Shown piece by piece: positions 36,527-38,716 of a stretch of DNA of 38,716 bases. Source of the DNA: a candidate division WOR-3 bacterium (GTDB taxonomy: Bacteria; Hydrothermota; 32-111); assembly GCA_030592285.1 (NCBI GenBank), contig JAUVJU010000003.1, positions 1 through 38,716 on the forward strand, given 5' to 3'. The notes beneath the pieces were generated by a model. The model did no database searches and had not been told where the DNA came from. It saw only the letters and a list, made by a program, of their open reading frames with translations. The position numbers and the translations under genes were made by a program. Position 1 is the first letter of the stretch; each line of letters starts with the position of its first letter.

Positions 36527-38302
36527 ATGAAAGAAAATATTAAAAAACTGAACATTTTAAAAAGCTTAAAAAGATTATTTCCATATATGATGGGATATAA
36601 ATTGCTTTTTATAAGTGGTTTTTTGGCAATGATATTTATTTCCATAGCACAACTTTTAGACCCATTGATTTTAGCACATATTATTGATGTATCAGTACCC
36701 AATAAAGATATTGCGGATATGGTAAGATATGGAATATTCTTTGTATTAGTGATCATGGTTACAGGTGTTATGTCAAATTTCCAAACAATACTGCTTGCAC
36801 GACTGGGAGTTAAAATAATTATTGATCTAAAAAGACAGGTTTTTGAACATATACTTAAATTACCCGTTTCATATTTTGATGAAAACCCTGTAGGAAAATT
36901 AATTGCACGAGTTGAAAGTGATTGTGAAAAAGTAAAACAACTATTTTCTCAATTCTCAATCATGGTATTTGGCAGCATTTTATTTTTTATTGGAATGATA
37001 GCAGTATTATTCTGGAAAAATTGGCAAATCACTTTTTTTCTTATCATTCCATTACCATTTGTATTTGTACTTATAATGTTCGCAATAAGATATCTTGCTA
37101 CTTATTATAGAAAAATAAGACATTTATATGCCGAATTATCGGGTCTGCTTGCAGAATATATACAGGGAACCCATATTGTACAGATATTCAATAAACGAAA
37201 GATTGTTGAAAATATTATTAATAAAAAGAGCAAAGAAAAGAAAAAGCAGGAAACAAAAGCTGCTTTTTATGAATATTCATTTTGGAGTATTTATTCCTTT
37301 CTTATTGAAACAATGTTTATTGTTCTTGTGATCTTACTTACTACACCAAAAATATTTGCGGGCTTAATGACCTTGGGAACATTGATTGTATTTATTCAAT
37401 ATGGAAGAAGAATGTTTGAACCAATTATTATGATCTCAGAAACATTTAATATGATTCAAAGGGCATTTGTTTCATTGGAGCGCATATTCAGTATTCTTGA
37501 TCTGGAAACAGAAAAAAACAATGAAAAAGGGATTGTTCCAATATTCAATAAAAGTATTAGATTTGATAATGTATGGTTTAAATACAAGAAAGACGAATGG
37601 GTATTAAAAGATATTAATTTTGAAATAAAGAAAGGTGAAAAAATTGCCTTTGTAGGTGCTTCCGGCAGTGGCAAAACAACTACTGTATCACTTTTAGAGC
37701 GATTTTATGCTGTTGATAAGGGTAGTATAACTGTTGACAGTAATAATATAAATGATTTTCCATTACAACAGTGGAGAAAAATGATAGGGCTTGTTTTGCA
37801 GGATATTTATCTATTCCCCGGTAATATTATTGAAAATGTAAGAATTTATAATAATGATATTAATAAAGAACAGGTTGAAAAGGCATTAAAAGCAGTTGAG
37901 GCAGATAATTTTATTTCTAAGAAAAAACATGGCATTGATATGGAACTTAATGAAAGAGGACAAAATATATCTGTTGGTGAAAAGCAATTACTAAGTTTTG
38001 CCAGAGCATTAGTTATTTCTCCTGAAATAGTAATAATGGACGAGGCAACATCATCTGTTGATGCACAGACAGAAAAAAAGATTCAAAAGGTAATGGATAA
38101 GATTTTAAAGAATAAAACAGCAATTATAGTTGCACATAGATTATCATCCGTTGTTAATGCGGACAAGATACTATTGTTTTCAAATGGAAAGATAATTGCA
38201 AGAGGAAAACATTCGGAATTGATGAAAACATCTAAGGAATATCAGAAACTTGTTGAATTACAATTTCTATCAGTTAAGGGAGACAGCAATGCATCACATT
38301 AA
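36527..38302 (+). CDS. ABC exporter TMD-NBD subunit (second pair, MdlB-like)
   Basis: GKLIARVESD, GASGSGKT, ISVGEKQ, MDEAT, AHRL. Start ATG 36527 follows TAGACA-17-TATAAT. Confidence 0.92.
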   Translation: MKENIKKLNILKSLKRLFPYMMGYKLLFISGFLAMIFISIAQLLDPLILAHIIDVSVPNKDIADMVRYGIFFVLVIMVTGVMSNFQTILLARLGVKIIIDLKRQVFEHILKLPVSYFDENPVGKLIARVESDCEKVKQLFSQFSIMVFGSILFFIGMIAVLFWKNWQITFFLIIPLPFVFVLIMFAIRYLATYYRKIRHLYAELSGLLAEYIQGTHIVQIFNKRKIVENIINKKSKEKKKQETKAAFYEYSFWSIYSFLIETMFIVLVILLTTPKIFAGLMTLGTLIVFIQYGRRMFEPIIMISETFNMIQRAFVSLERIFSILDLETEKNNEKGIVPIFNKSIRFDNVWFKYKKDEWVLKDINFEIKKGEKIAFVGASGSGKTTTVSLLERFYAVDKGSITVDSNNINDFPLQQWRKMIGLVLQDIYLFPGNIIENVRIYNNDINKEQVEKALKAVEADNFISKKKHGIDMELNERGQNISVGEKQLLSFARALVISPEIVIMDEATSSVDAQTEKKIQKVMDKILKNKTAIIVAHRLSSVVNADKILLFSNGKIIARGKHSELMKTSKEYQKLVELQFLSVKGDSNASH

Positions 38303-38716
38303 ATGGCTATGGCAATTGTGGAGAAAACATAAGGGTTTTATTCTACTTTTAACATTACTCACTATTTTATCAACTGGTGTTACAGTAGCATATCCATTGG
38401 TTTTCAGAAATTTACTTGATACAATTTCGGATATTTTAATTCGTCCCGATGCATATCCTTCTCCAGAAAAAGAGATGTATCGCATTGTTTTGATTCTTAT
38501 AGGCATAGGAGTAGTTAAAATGATTGCAGGAATATATCCTGCTTTTAGAGCTTTAATTAATTATATATTTGAATATGTTTTGAGAAAAAGATATTTTTCA
38601 AGCATATTAACTAAGGATTATAATTTCTTTAATCAATATAGAACGGGTGACTTGGTTACAAGATTGACAGATGATTTAGCGGACTTTCCCAAAATATGCT
38701 GGTTTGCCTGTTCAGG
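38289..38716 (+). CDS. ABC exporter subunit, partner of the preceding gene (3' partial)
   Basis: Open frame MHHIKWLWQLWRKHK...FFNQYRTGDLVTRLTDDL to the window end; overlaps the upstream stop. Absent from the ORF track. Confidence 0.85.
   Translation, partial: MHHIKWLWQLWRKHKGFILLLTLLTILSTGVTVAYPLVFRNLLDTISDILIRPDAYPSPEKEMYRIVLILIGIGVVKMIAGIYPAFRALINYIFEYVLRKRYFSSILTKDYNFFNQYRTGDLVTRLTDDLADFPKICWFACS

Noticed and set aside
186-38506. Many short antisense or overlapping ORFs in the track (e.g. 186-437, 2555-2899, 4887-5330, 11878-12411, 22137-22634, 25734-26057, 38294-38506)
   Set aside because: They are shadows of well-supported genes on the other strand or frame, with no motifs or initiation signals.

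Overview
AT-rich bacterial chromosomal window. An outer-membrane porin and a T9SS-like sorting tail suggest a diderm anaerobe, probably FCB-group or a related candidate phylum (inference). In order it holds: an Nfn-type electron-bifurcating transhydrogenase operon carrying three copies of an uncharacterised 8-Cys/His domain; EamA, MscS and GGDEF genes; a complete phosphate cluster (phoB-phoR, 4-repeat Pho box, porin, pstSCAB, metallophosphoesterase, phoU); a wHTH-HATPase; bioY; an AAA_14/DUF4143 ATPase behind a 33-bp tandem repeat; an rrf2-iscS-iscU operon whose IscS lacks the PLP lysine; DUF72; an sAC-like cyclase-STAND-TPR protein; two heterodimeric ABC exporter pairs; and an M14 carboxypeptidase. 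Best candidate for a new system: an AbiEii-type nucleotidyltransferase and AbiEi-type partner arranged tail-to-tail (34315-36047), followed by a ~108-bp-period array of alternating palindromes with co-varying arms (36124-36374). Also notable are two diverged copies of a ~150-170-bp inverted-repeat element (MITE/REPIN-like), apparent leaderless translation at about 8 genes, and several gene stubs or deletion scars. All family calls come from motif recognition by eye; no searches were run.
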